Shown in pieces: positions 10,520-21,564 of a stretch of DNA of 64,000 nt; the first letter of the stretch is position 1, and every line of letters begins with the position of its first letter. Made by a program: the position numbers and the translations under genes. Source of the DNA: a virus; the IMG/VR virus record IMGVR_UViG_3300043398_000057. One strand, written 5' to 3'. The notes below the pieces were generated by a model, which saw only the letters and a program-made list of their open reading frames with translations, searched no databases and had not been told where the DNA came from.

Positions 10520-11101
10520 TCAGAGACCATCTTGGTACGACCTTCCACCATGGTGCTTCATGATTTCGCGGGTTTCCATGATCTTCAGAATTTCTTCTTC
10601 CGAAAAAGGAATCATCAGCTTGTCAGAACGGGCATCAACACCAACGTCCATGATTCGGTACTTGCTCTGTCCCAAACCGCCATGACAATGCCCGTGAAGC
10701 ATGATGGCACCATAGCTACATTGGTTCCATTCCATCATGGGGAAGTGAGACATGACAACCTTTGTCTTATTTTCATCATTCAGGCGGATTTCCTTGTACG
10801 ACGAAACTGACCGGAAATGCCGGTGCAGATGATCGTTCTTGTGGAACAGACGGTCATGGTTGCCCAAAATGATGTGCTTGTTAGGGCACTTGATTTTGCG
10901 AATCAGTTGCTGAGTTCGGTCATAGTTGCCGAATGAGAAGTCACCAAGAATGTAAAGTTCGTCGGAACGACCGACAGTTTCATTCAGGTTATGAACCCAA
11001 ATTTCGGTCATTTCTTCTTCGTCTTGACCATCGCGGGTGTCGGCGCAAAAATTCATCACACCTTTATGGAATGCATGAATGTCGCTTGTGAAGTAACGCA
11101 T
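10520..11101 (-). CDS. Calcineurin-like metallophosphoesterase
   Basis: SDIH, LGDF, GNHD, SHFP, LHGHCH motifs. Confidence 0.88.
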   Translation of the reverse strand: MRYFTSDIHAFHKGVMNFCADTRDGQDEEEMTEIWVHNLNETVGRSDELYILGDFSFGNYDRTQQLIRKIKCPNKHIILGNHDRLFHKNDHLHRHFRSVSSYKEIRLNDENKTKVVMSHFPMMEWNQCSYGAIMLHGHCHGGLGQSKYRIMDVGVDARSDKLMIPFSEEEILKIMETREIMKHHGGRSYQDGL

Positions 11102-12737
11102 GTTGTTCTTTCTGTGAAATTGATGGATGAATCATAACATCATCAAGGTATTTGTCAATACATTTCTGAACCTCTTTGTGGTCTTCCATCATCTTTTTTG
11201 TAACAATTGTGCCACTAGGGTAAACCCTTAGGAAAGATTGGAGCCTTGACATATCACAAACTTTCTTGACCCACCTTCATAACAACTTCATAGAAGTCTT
11301 TCCGGTAGTCACCAATTCGCATGTCATCCTTGTTCCAAATCATGACTTTCTTGAAAACTAGGTCATGAATCGAAATGTGGTACTTGTCATAAAGGTCTAA
11401 AAACTCTAGCGCATGAACGTATTCGGGGGTTCCATACATTCCCCAAAAGAAATCGTAATACTCTCTTCGCAATTGGTTTTGTTTCGAGATAACGTACTCA
11501 TGACGAATCCCAACAAGGACGAAAAGAACCAGTAGAACCGTGAAGAACACACTAAAAAATTCAGCCATTGTTTTCAACCTTTGCCTTTTCCAAGTATTCA
11601 ACAGTTTCGTAGAAATCAACGCGGAAGTCGCCAGTACACATTTCATACTTTCGCCACATCCAAAATTTCTTCAACACTGCCGTGTCGTAACTCATGTGAT
11701 AGTATTGAAACTTTCCGGTGAAACGTGCAACAACTTCGGGGTGTGTATTGGCGTGTGATTCAAAGAAGCTGAAATACTCATTGATTAGTTCTTTGTACCA
11801 CTTGTGAATAACGTTGTTGCGAATGTTGAAATAGATCAGCACAACACCCATAACAACACCAAAAAGAATCAGAAAAATATCCATGTTAAACACCTCGAAC
11901 GTGAGAGTAAAAGATTGTGTACCATCCTAGAATATGCACACTCGATGCTGAAAGTGTTGCCAGCGTTGGAATCAAAATTTCATAGATCATTGTAGCACCA
12001 CGAAGATATCAGGGTAAGAATTTGTGATTCTGAAAAGATACAGCAACTCTTCATAATCGTTTGTGGTGTGTCCACCTTGATCAAGGAAAACTGTGATTCC
12101 CTCGAACCTCATTCCGCAAAGTTTTTCCATTTCAACACCATGGAAAAATTTGACTCCAAGCATCAATTCTTGAGGTTTCTTGTAGCCCTTAGACATGAAC
12201 ACAATATCATCGGGCCTTGCGGCTTCCTTGATGAATGTGGTGTGTCCCATACCACGACCAAGATTGATCTTCATGAAACGATGGTCAAAGAAAAACTGTT
12301 GTTTTGAAACAAACGAATCGATTCGATTAGCAAGCAACAAGTTAATTTGTTTGCGCTTCGCTTCAAGAATGTCACGGAAATATGTGTGCATCAATTCGAC
12401 CTTTCTTGTTTTTGCTTCAGGGAGTTGAGAAATTGTTGACCTTGAGCCGACTTTTCTTGCATACGCTTTTGAGATTCTTCGGCGTAACGTTGCTGATCAT
12501 ACTCACGAACTTGTTGAGTCAGAATGTAGACAACAACCGGGTTTTGGGGTGCCGCGCGTTGCAGCATCAGATTCTTGTAAACGTCAACAACGTTTTGCGC
12601 TTGTGCGCTTGCGATGCAGACAAACATTGCGGCAGTTGCGATGAATTGCTTGAACATGGTATCTCCTAAGTTGATGATGAATCATAACACATCTGGTGTG
12701 TCTTTGTCAAGAAAAATGGCCCCGAAGGGTCATTTGT

Positions 12738-14198
12738 TTACAGAGTTGCGCGAACTCGCTTGACGGCTTCCTTAAAGTTGCCATCACGAATATACGGTTC
12801 GGGATTATAGTCATTCATAGCGTAATACAAGATTTCGACATTCTCCCATAGAGGACCGACTTCTTCATAGTGTGCAAAAGTCTTGTATTCACCGGTCACA
12901 CAATTCATGTAAAGCGTTTGAATACCACGCTTCGATTCTTTGCCGGGATCGGTGATAGGACTCTTGTAAATGTTCTTTTCAACACGATCAACAACCACAA
13001 ACGATTGCTTCATGGCAACCTTGAGCCAGTCACGATCACATGCTTGCAGCAGAGCGCCACCCATACCGAAGACGATGTTTTCCGAAGACCAATTAGCATC
13101 CTTCAGAATCTGAAGAATTTTATTGATGCTTTGCATGTTCACACCGTCACCTTGCAGAACACGGATGCAGTCGGGAAGAACCTTGTAACCCTTACTGTTG
13201 ATGGTGTAGCCGAAACCTTCACCCAAAATTTCAAGAATCTTGGGCAAGATCACACGCGCATCACCAGAGTCGGGGCGGACAACAAAACGACCACCAGACT
13301 TGATGATTCGATCCTTGAACACGGTTGCAACACGTTCAGTGAAACGATACACATTAAAGGTATCAGCAACCGCCGAAACGATACCACCCTCACGCTCAAG
13401 CAGACTGACCATCATTTCGAGTGCGTCAATGTCTTCCTTGTTTTCACAGTCACTGTTTGCGCAAGTGACAGAGTGTTCAGAGGCGAGAACGCTGAAAGCG
13501 GGCATGGATGCATCATCTTCTTCATCCAGACCGTAATAGTCATACAAGTGAGTGATTGCTTGCATGGTATCGGTACCGTTGAAACTCAGCAAGTGACCGG
13601 AACCACCACGACCGGCAGTTTCAACCGAAGATGCGCCACGGAAACCGAAATCATGCAGTGCAAAATCCAACCCACCCATACGGTCATCATCAACGGTTTC
13701 TTGCCAGAACTGACCAATGTTCTGGCGGCACTGATACGACAGGCTTGCAACCGTGATAGGATACCAGATGTTCAGCAGCAGAGGTTCAACATAGGAAACA
13801 ACCCATGCGAAATCGGGGTGGGTGTTGGAAACACCAATCAGAGAATTCTTCAGAGGAATGACAGAACCTTCCTTTGCACCAGTGATGGTTATCGGAAGAT
13901 AACCATTGAACTCGGTCACGATTCGCTTCCAACCTTCATAGTTGAATGCACCGGGCTTCAGGTGACGATCAGCAAAACGCTTGGCACGTTCAACATCTCG
14001 CATGGTGACAGGCTTGCTCAGGTACTTCTTCACCGTGTAAACGATATCCCAAACAACACTTTGTTCGATACCAACGGTATCACCACGACTCTCGATGTAA
14101 GAGAATGCATAGGTAGTGTTTGCAGGTTCCATCTTCCAGTGACCAACCTTGTAGGAATCGGTCAGCAGGGGCAGAACATCAGAGAGAAAATCAGACAT
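12738..14198 (-). CDS. nadV: Nicotinamide phosphoribosyltransferase (NAMPT)
   Basis: TDSYKVGH, LHDFGFRG, ASEHS, VRPDSGD, QGDG, FGMGGALLQ motifs. Confidence 0.95.
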   Translation of the reverse strand: MSDFLSDVLPLLTDSYKVGHWKMEPANTTYAFSYIESRGDTVGIEQSVVWDIVYTVKKYLSKPVTMRDVERAKRFADRHLKPGAFNYEGWKRIVTEFNGYLPITITGAKEGSVIPLKNSLIGVSNTHPDFAWVVSYVEPLLLNIWYPITVASLSYQCRQNIGQFWQETVDDDRMGGLDFALHDFGFRGASSVETAGRGGSGHLLSFNGTDTMQAITHLYDYYGLDEEDDASMPAFSVLASEHSVTCANSDCENKEDIDALEMMVSLLEREGGIVSAVADTFNVYRFTERVATVFKDRIIKSGGRFVVRPDSGDARVILPKILEILGEGFGYTINSKGYKVLPDCIRVLQGDGVNMQSINKILQILKDANWSSENIVFGMGGALLQACDRDWLKVAMKQSFVVVDRVEKNIYKSPITDPGKESKRGIQTLYMNCVTGEYKTFAHYEEVGPLWENVEILYYAMNDYNPEPYIRDGNFKEAVKRVRATL

Positions 14199-14223
14199 TT
14201 GAAACTCCTTCAAATTGAGGTTG

Positions 14224-14253
14224 ATGTTTACTTGGGTCTATCCCGTTCAACAT
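14224..14253 (-). promoter_or_regulatory. 5'-UTR structured motif upstream of nadV
   Basis: AUGUU-GAACGGGAUAGACCCAAGUA-AACAU, just downstream of a TTGCAC/TGCTACAAT promoter; 20-nt core identical to 15374-15393. Confidence 0.7.
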
Positions 14254-14292
14254 GTTGAGATTGTAGCACCCTTTGAACCCGGGTGCAATAGG

Positions 14293-15348
14293 TTATTTGA
14301 TGCGAGAACGCAACGTTTCGATGATGCTGAAGTGATCTTCGAAAATCTTGTGACTGTTTTCGATGATTTCAGCAAATGAAATCCAACGTGCACCGTAGGT
14401 TTCAGTTGGGCAACCCTTGATTTTGGGCAGACGATTTTCACCAACAAGGTTGAAAATGTATGCGTGAGTGATCGTTCGGCCACGGGTAGAACGCAACGGG
14501 TGATCAAAAACTTCGGAACTCACCAACGAACCGCGCATGACCTTTTCAGGCACACCAATGTTGGTTTCTTCATAAAGTTCCTTGATACAGTTGTCAAAAA
14601 TCTTGATATTCTGTTCAAGGAACCCACCCGGAAGTGCGTATTGACCCTTACCGGTGCTTGCCGAACGCTTGACCATCAGGATGTGACCATTACACACAAC
14701 CACAGCGTCAGTGGTGACAAAGGTGGGTGCATATGGCGCGTTGTTCCACGATTCTTTGTAAGCCTTGACAAGTAGATATTCATCAACCATTGCGGCTTCA
14801 TCACTGATGGACCAAAGATCGGTCAAACTCCATGCATCGGCATAGTGAACCTTACCAGACTTGATCAGATTTTGAAATTCCGTGTAATTGGAAAACAACG
14901 CATCACGGACACGGGTTCCATCGATATCTTGATTGTTTGGAATGTGCATGAAATCAAACCCGAAGATTCGCAGGTAGTAGGTTGTTTCATCCTTATCGGA
15001 ACCAACCACAACCACATCTTTGGGATTGTAGGTCATGTTTCGAGTTTCAAACCATTGACGAACAGTGCTTTGAATTTGTTGAACCCACTGCGCATCATTG
15101 TAGAGATAGTCTTGCGCAAACGACAACGTGAATTCATCACGGTTGTAACGACTTGTAAGCGCACGATCAATGATCTTCATGCGGATTTGGTGGGGAACCG
15201 GGTTTCGAATGCTTGGCGCAGAAAACGCAGAACCGACAACGATCAGAGTGTGATCAGCAGTTTTGTTGGCAGCTTCGAAAAGTTCAAAATGACCACTGTG
15301 AGGCAGTGGTTGAAAACGCCCAATGACTAGGGCCAGCTTGTATGACAT
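14293..15348 (-). CDS. Bifunctional NMN adenylyltransferase / ADP-ribose Nudix hydrolase (NadM-Nudix)
   Basis: GRFQP.PHSGH, DGTRVR, ALPGGF...IKELYEET Nudix box, RSTRGRTITHA, FEDH. Confidence 0.95.
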   Translation of the reverse strand: MSYKLALVIGRFQPLPHSGHFELFEAANKTADHTLIVVGSAFSAPSIRNPVPHQIRMKIIDRALTSRYNRDEFTLSFAQDYLYNDAQWVQQIQSTVRQWFETRNMTYNPKDVVVVGSDKDETTYYLRIFGFDFMHIPNNQDIDGTRVRDALFSNYTEFQNLIKSGKVHYADAWSLTDLWSISDEAAMVDEYLLVKAYKESWNNAPYAPTFVTTDAVVVCNGHILMVKRSASTGKGQYALPGGFLEQNIKIFDNCIKELYEETNIGVPEKVMRGSLVSSEVFDHPLRSTRGRTITHAYIFNLVGENRLPKIKGCPTETYGARWISFAEIIENSHKIFEDHFSIIETLRSRIK

Positions 15349-15370
15349 ACAAAACTCCTTTGCAAATAAA

Positions 15371-15396
15371 ACCTACTTGGGTCTATCCCGTTCGGC
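15371..15396 (-). promoter_or_regulatory. 5'-UTR structured motif upstream of NadM-Nudix
   Basis: GCC-GAACGGGAUAGACCCAAGUA-GGU downstream of a TTGACA/TAAAGT promoter. Confidence 0.7.
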
Positions 15397-15403
15397 ATGG
15401 TAC

Positions 15404-15694
15404 TTACTTTACCAGTTGGAATGTCTTTTTGTCAACCTGTTGACGCCACAAAAACACGTTCGTCATATGGGCATACAACCTACCTACAGATTGATCACCA
15501 AGAATAGAGTAACTGTAGCACAGTTGCCCCTTTTTGATTGGTTCACGTTCAAGTTGGTTGATGAAGTATTCCCAAAACAGTTGTGATTCTTCAGTCTCAG
15601 CGTTGTCAAATTCTTGAATCGCTTGATCAACTACAGCACACCAACGGTTTTTCTTGACCGATACAATCTTCGTAGCCTAAACGTTTCCGGTCAT
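15404..15694 (-). CDS. Hypothetical protein, 96 aa, TAG at codon 6
   Basis: ATGA overlap with upstream gene; MTGNV*ATKIVSVKKNRW... open to TAA; fills an otherwise empty gap. Confidence 0.7.
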
Positions 15695-15969
15695 AGCTTC
15701 ACCATTTCGTAAAGTTGTGCACGGTTCATGAACTCGCAATCCTTTTCAGCATCAACCAGATAACGGTAAATGCTATGTGCACCTTTATCGACAGCACCCT
15801 TGACAGGCTTGAACGTCACCGCATCAAGCATGACCATACAGAACTTGTCAAGATGTGGAACATAGATCAGCTTGAACAAAGTGTTGTCCAATTCGCAAAT
15901 CGTTCCACGGGGTGCAGTCAGAATTGATGCCGGATGCGTATTCAGGTTAATGATCTTGTCCATCTTCAC
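15691..15969 (-). CDS. Hypothetical protein
   Basis: Open frame, overlapping neighbours. Confidence 0.6.
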   Translation of the reverse strand: MKMDKIINLNTHPASILTAPRGTICELDNTLFKLIYVPHLDKFCMVMLDAVTFKPVKGAVDKGAHSIYRYLVDAEKDCEFMNRAQLYEMVKL

Positions 15970-16264
15970 ACCTCAAATAGTTAGAGATTGAGTGATACTT
16001 CTCGATACGATCAACTTTTTGTTTGGCAACATCTTTGTCAATCAAAGGGTCGGTAATACCAAGTTCATGCTTGAGCATCATCATACACGAAAACAGTTCA
16101 GAAAACTCGGTAAAGAGATGTTCAATGTTGGTTTTCTCCAACACCACACCATCAGAGGTTTGTTGATGGTTGTGGTAGCCAAACTTTTGACACTTGGACT
16201 ATGCTTGTGCAACTTCAGCACACTCTTCCATGACCGACAGACCGATAAAATCAATTCGCTTCAT
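15947..16264 (-). CDS. MazG-like NTP pyrophosphohydrolase, TAG at codon 22
   Basis: MEECAEVAQA*SKCQKFG matches the EECAEV.QA(I/L)SK..(R/K)FG pattern; start overlaps gp46 stop. Confidence 0.78.
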
Positions 16265-17967
16265 CACTTTCCTTCCAAGTAGCTGAACCCGTCAACGTCC
16301 TTAGAGAACGTCACAACATCATCAAACAGGTGGGTGATACCGGTGTCAGTTGCCTTGTGAGAAACCACATAGACGCCCATATCATCAAATTCCTTATCGT
16401 AGAACATTTCAATCATGGTCACGAATGAATCACCGGCAAGGGTTTCCAGAACTTCGTCACAGAACAGAATGTTACACTGGAACTTCGCCTTCAACTGGCT
16501 AATCTTTCGGAATGCCATCAAGATAGCCATGTCCAACTTTGCCTTCTCGCCACGACTCAAATTGTTGTAGCTGAAGTTGTCGCGATCACGACTCAGAATC
16601 TGCTCATTGAATTCACCATCAAAACTGAATTTTGTTGACAGTTCAAGCATGTCGGTGTAATCATAAACAGCAGAGTTGAACTCTGACAGGTATTGCTCGA
16701 TAACCGATTTCTTGATACCGTCATCCTTCAGAATTTGAGTCATCACCGCGCCGATTGAAACTTGTTCTTGCAGCTTGGCGATTTCGCCCTTCATGGTCTT
16801 GGCACGGGCAGCAATCGATTTTGCTTCTTCCTTAGCTTCGGTCAGCTTACTTTCATCAATGCTTTGTAGCTTTGATTTGATTTGTGATGCACGTTGTTTG
16901 ATAGAGTTTGACTCGGTGCTGATCATCTGAAGTTGCTGAATCAGGTTTGTGGATTCTTGGCGAAGGTCGGCTGGTTCAACAAGAACACCAAAGTTTTCAA
17001 TCTTGTCGAGCGTCTTAGCGAGTTTGTCTTTCGCCCCAACAATACATTCTTCAGCATGTGCAATTGTTCGGTCAACCTTTTCACCGGAAATAGAACTTGA
17101 ACATGTTGGACAAACACCAGCGATCTTCTTCTTTTTCTCAGCGTCTTCAATTTCTTGCTTGTATTTGATAACCGAATTCTTGAGATTTTGCAGTTCTCGT
17201 TCACGGTCATAGTACGCATCAAGTTGTTCCTTGATTTTCTGACTTTGTTCGGTCAGCTTTTCATAGGGTTCGGTGACTTCCTGATACTTCAGACGACACT
17301 CTTCCAACTCATTGGTAAGTGTGGTCTTTTGATCACCAAGCATTTCACTGATGGTTTCGACAGTCTTGGTAGCGAGTTGGAACTTTTCTTTCAGGGCTTC
17401 ATAGTTGTTTTGCATTGTCTGCAAATTCTTCTGAGCGTCCTTATATTCCTTGGCGTGAATATCCTTCATCATCGTGAGAATACCAAGGTCAATGATTTCG
17501 TCAACAAATGACCGGCGTTCGGCAGCTTTCATCATCATGAACGGTTGATAGTTTTCAACGCTGATCATGACGGTTCGGATGAAGTGCTTGTAGTCGCAAC
17601 CAATCACGCTATCGAGGTATGTCTGATAGTCGCCAACGCGCGTTTGGTCAAGCAAAACGCCATCTTCATAGATTTCAAAGATGTTAGGCTTGATGCCACG
17701 GACAACACGATATTCAATTGTTCCGCGATTGAACTCGATTTCGGTGACGCAATTCTTGTTGTTGATGGTGTTGACAATCTGAGGCTTGTTAAGTTCCTTG
17801 ATAGGCTTACCGAACAGCGCAAACACAACAGCCGAAACCAGTGTTGACTTGCCAGCACCATTTTTACCAACAATCAAGAACTTTCCGTGCTGAAAATCAA
17901 ACTCAATCTCAGCGTTACCGGTAGAAAAGAAGTTCTTGTACTTGACTTTCTTGAAATTTACGATCAT
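16264..17967 (-). CDS. 46: Recombination endonuclease subunit gp46 (Rad50/SbcC-like)
   Basis: GKNGAGKS Walker A, CPTC hook, LSRGEK signature, FCDEV Walker B. Confidence 0.96.
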   Translation of the reverse strand: MIVNFKKVKYKNFFSTGNAEIEFDFQHGKFLIVGKNGAGKSTLVSAVVFALFGKPIKELNKPQIVNTINNKNCVTEIEFNRGTIEYRVVRGIKPNIFEIYEDGVLLDQTRVGDYQTYLDSVIGCDYKHFIRTVMISVENYQPFMMMKAAERRSFVDEIIDLGILTMMKDIHAKEYKDAQKNLQTMQNNYEALKEKFQLATKTVETISEMLGDQKTTLTNELEECRLKYQEVTEPYEKLTEQSQKIKEQLDAYYDRERELQNLKNSVIKYKQEIEDAEKKKKIAGVCPTCSSSISGEKVDRTIAHAEECIVGAKDKLAKTLDKIENFGVLVEPADLRQESTNLIQQLQMISTESNSIKQRASQIKSKLQSIDESKLTEAKEEAKSIAARAKTMKGEIAKLQEQVSIGAVMTQILKDDGIKKSVIEQYLSEFNSAVYDYTDMLELSTKFSFDGEFNEQILSRDRDNFSYNNLSRGEKAKLDMAILMAFRKISQLKAKFQCNILFCDEVLETLAGDSFVTMIEMFYDKEFDDMGVYVVSHKATDTGITHLFDDVVTFSKDVDGFSYLEGK

Positions 17968-19031
17968 TGTGGTGTAGTCTCCGCAACAGTTTTGAGTCTA
18001 TTCAACTCGTTCATGATTTTTTCCTTGTCGAAATCGGTGTCCATCTTCTGAACAAAGTTGCTCATGATGGTGTCAATGTCCGAGTCTACCACAGTTGGCG
18101 CGGGCGTTTGTTCTTCACCGTCTTCAGTTTCGGTGACAACCTCAGTCTTAACGAATACCGTTTTATCGATGGTGTTCACAGTGTGAGGATTGGCCTTAGC
18201 GACAGCATCCATGTACTTGTTGAAAGTCTTCATGTTGGTGCGCTTTTTGATGATGATGCGAACCTTTTTTCCGGCAATTTCGCCAATCTCGTTCTTTTCA
18301 TCTTCATGGTAGTCAAGACTCACATGAACCTTGTTCGGGTTCTCGATACGCGCGATCTTACCCGTTTCGGTATCGAGCACTTCAAAGCCCCGGGAACAGC
18401 CGTAATCGGCCCATGTCAGTTCGTAAGGTGTGCCGACATACCGAACGTTGTCCTTGGTGCTTGGTTCGTGATAGTGCCCGCTAAACACGGTCTTGAACTT
18501 ATCGAAAATTTCGGTATGGTTCAAACCATGGGTCGCATTTCGACCCTTGTAAAGTGGGAAGTCGTTAAACTCGAAGTGACCGACACAATACTTCTTTTCA
18601 GTCTCATTCAGAAACTTCATCATCGAGTCATGATTGGTCTGATTGATCCATGGAACAATGGCGAAACTACCCCATTCGATAGGTTCATTATCGACCACAA
18701 CAAAGTGTTCATTATCGGGAACAATCGAACGAATCGCGTTAACTCGATTAGTGTTCTTATAGGTCGAATCATGGTTGCCACACAGAATGACACACTTCAT
18801 ACCATATTCAACAATCTTCTCGAAAAAGAAACTTTGAACACTCATTACACTTTCATAACTTGCGCCCTTTGGACGGTCGAACAAGTCACCAGTTTGAATG
18901 ATGTGATAAATCTTGTTCTTGATCAGTGTCGGGAAAAACACATCATCAAAAAACTGTTTCTGGTACTGCATGTAATACAAATCACCATTACCAATATCAA
19001 AGTGGGTGTCACCCAAAATCGCAATACGCAT
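17964..19031 (-). CDS. 47: Recombination endonuclease subunit gp47 (Mre11/SbcD-like)
   Basis: GDTHF, GDLFD, GNHD, GHFE, SGHYH, GTPYELTWAD. Confidence 0.96.
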   Translation of the reverse strand: MRIAILGDTHFDIGNGDLYYMQYQKQFFDDVFFPTLIKNKIYHIIQTGDLFDRPKGASYESVMSVQSFFFEKIVEYGMKCVILCGNHDSTYKNTNRVNAIRSIVPDNEHFVVVDNEPIEWGSFAIVPWINQTNHDSMMKFLNETEKKYCVGHFEFNDFPLYKGRNATHGLNHTEIFDKFKTVFSGHYHEPSTKDNVRYVGTPYELTWADYGCSRGFEVLDTETGKIARIENPNKVHVSLDYHEDEKNEIGEIAGKKVRIIIKKRTNMKTFNKYMDAVAKANPHTVNTIDKTVFVKTEVVTETEDGEEQTPAPTVVDSDIDTIMSNFVQKMDTDFDKEKIMNELNRLKTVAETTPQ

Positions 19032-19397
19032 TATCAGTTTCTCCAAGTTGCTTTGGCTTCAACTTCAGCAAATGTTGTTTGCTCAATTTCAATGAGTTGA
19101 TCCAAGAAATGATTCGCCAGTTTAACCCACAATTCGCACGCAAGACCTGCATGAACAACTCTATCAATCTTTTCCAGAACATTCAGTGCAGTGAAATCCC
19201 AATCGTTTGTTTCCTTGAAAAACTTCGTGATAACGGGTTCACACAATTCTTCAGGTGCTGTGCGCAGAAGTTCAACAGTTTGGGCGATATCGCCAGTAAA
19301 TTTCAACATCGTATCTCCAATGAAAAATGCGGGAAATGATAGAATGTGATCAGTTTACCACACCTACCATACTTCCCGCATTCGTGTTACAAATTTC

Positions 19398-19625
19398 TCA
19401 GTCGAGGTACTTCAGAAGGTCGTTGTAACCGCCAATGTGGGTTTCGCCAATGAAAATCTGAGGCATGGAACGATACCCACCCTCACTGATGAAACGCATA
19501 GCGTCAACGTCTTCGTCAATCGAGCGAACATCAATGGTATAACCCTTGCTTTCCAGAAGCATCTTGGCTTTCTTGCAGTTGGCACAGTTGTTCATGGAAT
19601 AGAGGACAACATTACTTGCAGTCAT
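19398..19625 (-). CDS. Glutaredoxin
   Basis: CANC active site, RSMPQIFI...IGGY. Confidence 0.9.
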   Translation of the reverse strand: MTASNVVLYSMNNCANCKKAKMLLESKGYTIDVRSIDEDVDAMRFISEGGYRSMPQIFIGETHIGGYNDLLKYLD

Positions 19626-19936
19626 TTAGAATCCTTTCGTTATCTTTTTGTTGATGCGGGTGAAAACCGGAATTTTACTAATCCAGTGGTGAAACTTTAG
19701 TTGCTTTTCCAGACCGGGCAACTTGTCTTGATTGACCGAAACCGATTCTGTCATGAAAGGGTTATCGGTTGTTAGGAAGATCGTGATTTGGTTTTCCTTT
19801 GTTGGAATGTATGATAACTGATGGGCAAAATAGTCCATCCAATTATCAACTTCCATCGGGGCCTTTTCTTGCGTTGCAATTACCTGAACCGGTTCAGGCT
19901 TTTCTTCAACCTCTTCAGAAAAGAAATCGGCCAAAG

Positions 19937-20179
19937 TCATCCCAAAAACTCCGTCAACGTGATGCCACGCTTGATGTAACCAAGTTCTTGAAAGTTTACC
20001 TCAAGTTTTTCCTTGATTGCCTGAGACATGAACTTTTTAATGTCTTCAGGGTCGGTGTCGTATTCCTCACAGAATTTCAACACCGCATCAATGTAAGAAA
20101 GTTCATCATGGATGACATAGTTTTCAATGATTACCGAAAACTTGCTTGGTGTCATGATTGAATCGTGATCACTGCTCAT
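19937..20179 (-). CDS. 33: Late transcription coactivator gp33
   Basis: FSVIIENYV...SYIDAVLKFCEE...IKEKLE resembles gp33. Confidence 0.82.
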   Translation of the reverse strand: MSSDHDSIMTPSKFSVIIENYVIHDELSYIDAVLKFCEEYDTDPEDIKKFMSQAIKEKLEVNFQELGYIKRGITLTEFLG

Positions 20180-20657
20180 TGTCAATCCTCTCGAAACCGC
20201 GTTCGGGGAACACACGACAGAAGTATTCAAACGTGATGTTCGGGTAAACTTCAGGTAGAGACTTTTTGTAACATGCGTACACAAATTCGGCTTCACTCTT
20301 TGGCATGGTTTCGAGGTAATGCACAAAGTGCATATCATTGTGCAACTTGGCGAAACCTGTATTTGGTGCAGAGGTCAGCGACTTACCCATTCTACGCCAG
20401 AAGTAAGTGAACGTGTTGTCGGCCAAAACTTCATCATGAGGAAAAGGCTTGTAGGTCAGGTCATCACTGAGATTCCACCATGTGAATCCCATGAAGCTGT
20501 ATTCCACAAGATCAATGGCCCATGGGTGAAGTTGTCGAATCATCGACGAATGCGGGTTCTTCGCAATATCCTCATTGACTTTGCGAAGTTGTTCACCTAC
20601 AGTTGTATAACCGTTTAGCATGGCTTGCGCCCTTTCATATTGTGACTCAAAATTCAT
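20169..20657 (-). CDS. Conserved T4-like hypothetical protein
   Basis: Between rnh and gp33, overlapping both. Confidence 0.65.
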   Translation of the reverse strand: MNFESQYERAQAMLNGYTTVGEQLRKVNEDIAKNPHSSMIRQLHPWAIDLVEYSFMGFTWWNLSDDLTYKPFPHDEVLADNTFTYFWRRMGKSLTSAPNTGFAKLHNDMHFVHYLETMPKSEAEFVYACYKKSLPEVYPNITFEYFCRVFPERGFERIDNEQ

Positions 20658-21564
20658 TGATGTTCCCCATAAAGTTGTCCAGACCCATGGTGACGAAAAA
20701 GTTCATCATTTTCATGGTGTTTTTCTTCTTTCCTTGATGTGAGGTGTACTGGTTCACGATTCTCTCACGAATCGACACGGGAATCTTGGCGAAGTCTACC
20801 AAAATTTGATTTCTCATGAACCTTTGCTTCTGAATATCGTCTTCAAAAGGTAGTGGTTCACCAGCCATCATCTTTTCATAGAAGGTGTCGATCAACTTTT
20901 GTGAAACTGGTGGTTGTCGCTTTTCCTTTGTAACAAACTGATCATCAGGGGACTTGAAATTCGGAACACCGTCACCTTCATCACCTTTCATGATCTTTGT
21001 CAACAAATCAAGTTTTGGGCGTTCAGAAACAATCATGGTGTCGTCACGCTTTGAGTATTGCTGAACATTTTCGTGAACTTGCAGAGACTTGTAATCATGG
21101 TCAGAAGACACGATCAAGATAGATTCAGATTGCTCGAACACACCGCGCATTTGAACCGTGTTTTTGGTGATATAACGGGTCAAAACGCCGATACCATCAT
21201 CAGCTTCAGCCTTGTCATCTCGAATCGCAATCCATGGAAGATACTCATTCACATCATCATGAAATTCATTCAGGTACTGATTGAACAGATTCCAATTGAT
21301 TGCTTCCGTCTTGCGCTTTTCTTTTCTGGCAGATTTGTAATACTCGAAAACATCGTTACGCCAAGTGTTGCTACCATCAACACACATAACAATTTGTCCG
21401 AAGTCTTTTGAAAACTTTCGGTTGACGTTAAGCATTTGACTCAAGATGTGACCATAGAGGTATTTCTTGGTTTCATCATCAGGTTTACAGAACGATGCCT
21501 TTAGGTATGGGTCAGCGTGTAGACTCGCAACCGCTAGACCGTTGGTGTCCACAAGAATTGTCAT
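20647..21564 (-). CDS. rnh: T4-type RNase H (5'-3' exonuclease)
   Basis: WRNDVFEYYKSARK, EADD, SSDHDY, GDEGDGVPN, RNQILVDF. Confidence 0.93.
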   Translation of the reverse strand: MTILVDTNGLAVASLHADPYLKASFCKPDDETKKYLYGHILSQMLNVNRKFSKDFGQIVMCVDGSNTWRNDVFEYYKSARKEKRKTEAINWNLFNQYLNEFHDDVNEYLPWIAIRDDKAEADDGIGVLTRYITKNTVQMRGVFEQSESILIVSSDHDYKSLQVHENVQQYSKRDDTMIVSERPKLDLLTKIMKGDEGDGVPNFKSPDDQFVTKEKRQPPVSQKLIDTFYEKMMAGEPLPFEDDIQKQRFMRNQILVDFAKIPVSIRERIVNQYTSHQGKKKNTMKMMNFFVTMGLDNFMGNINEF

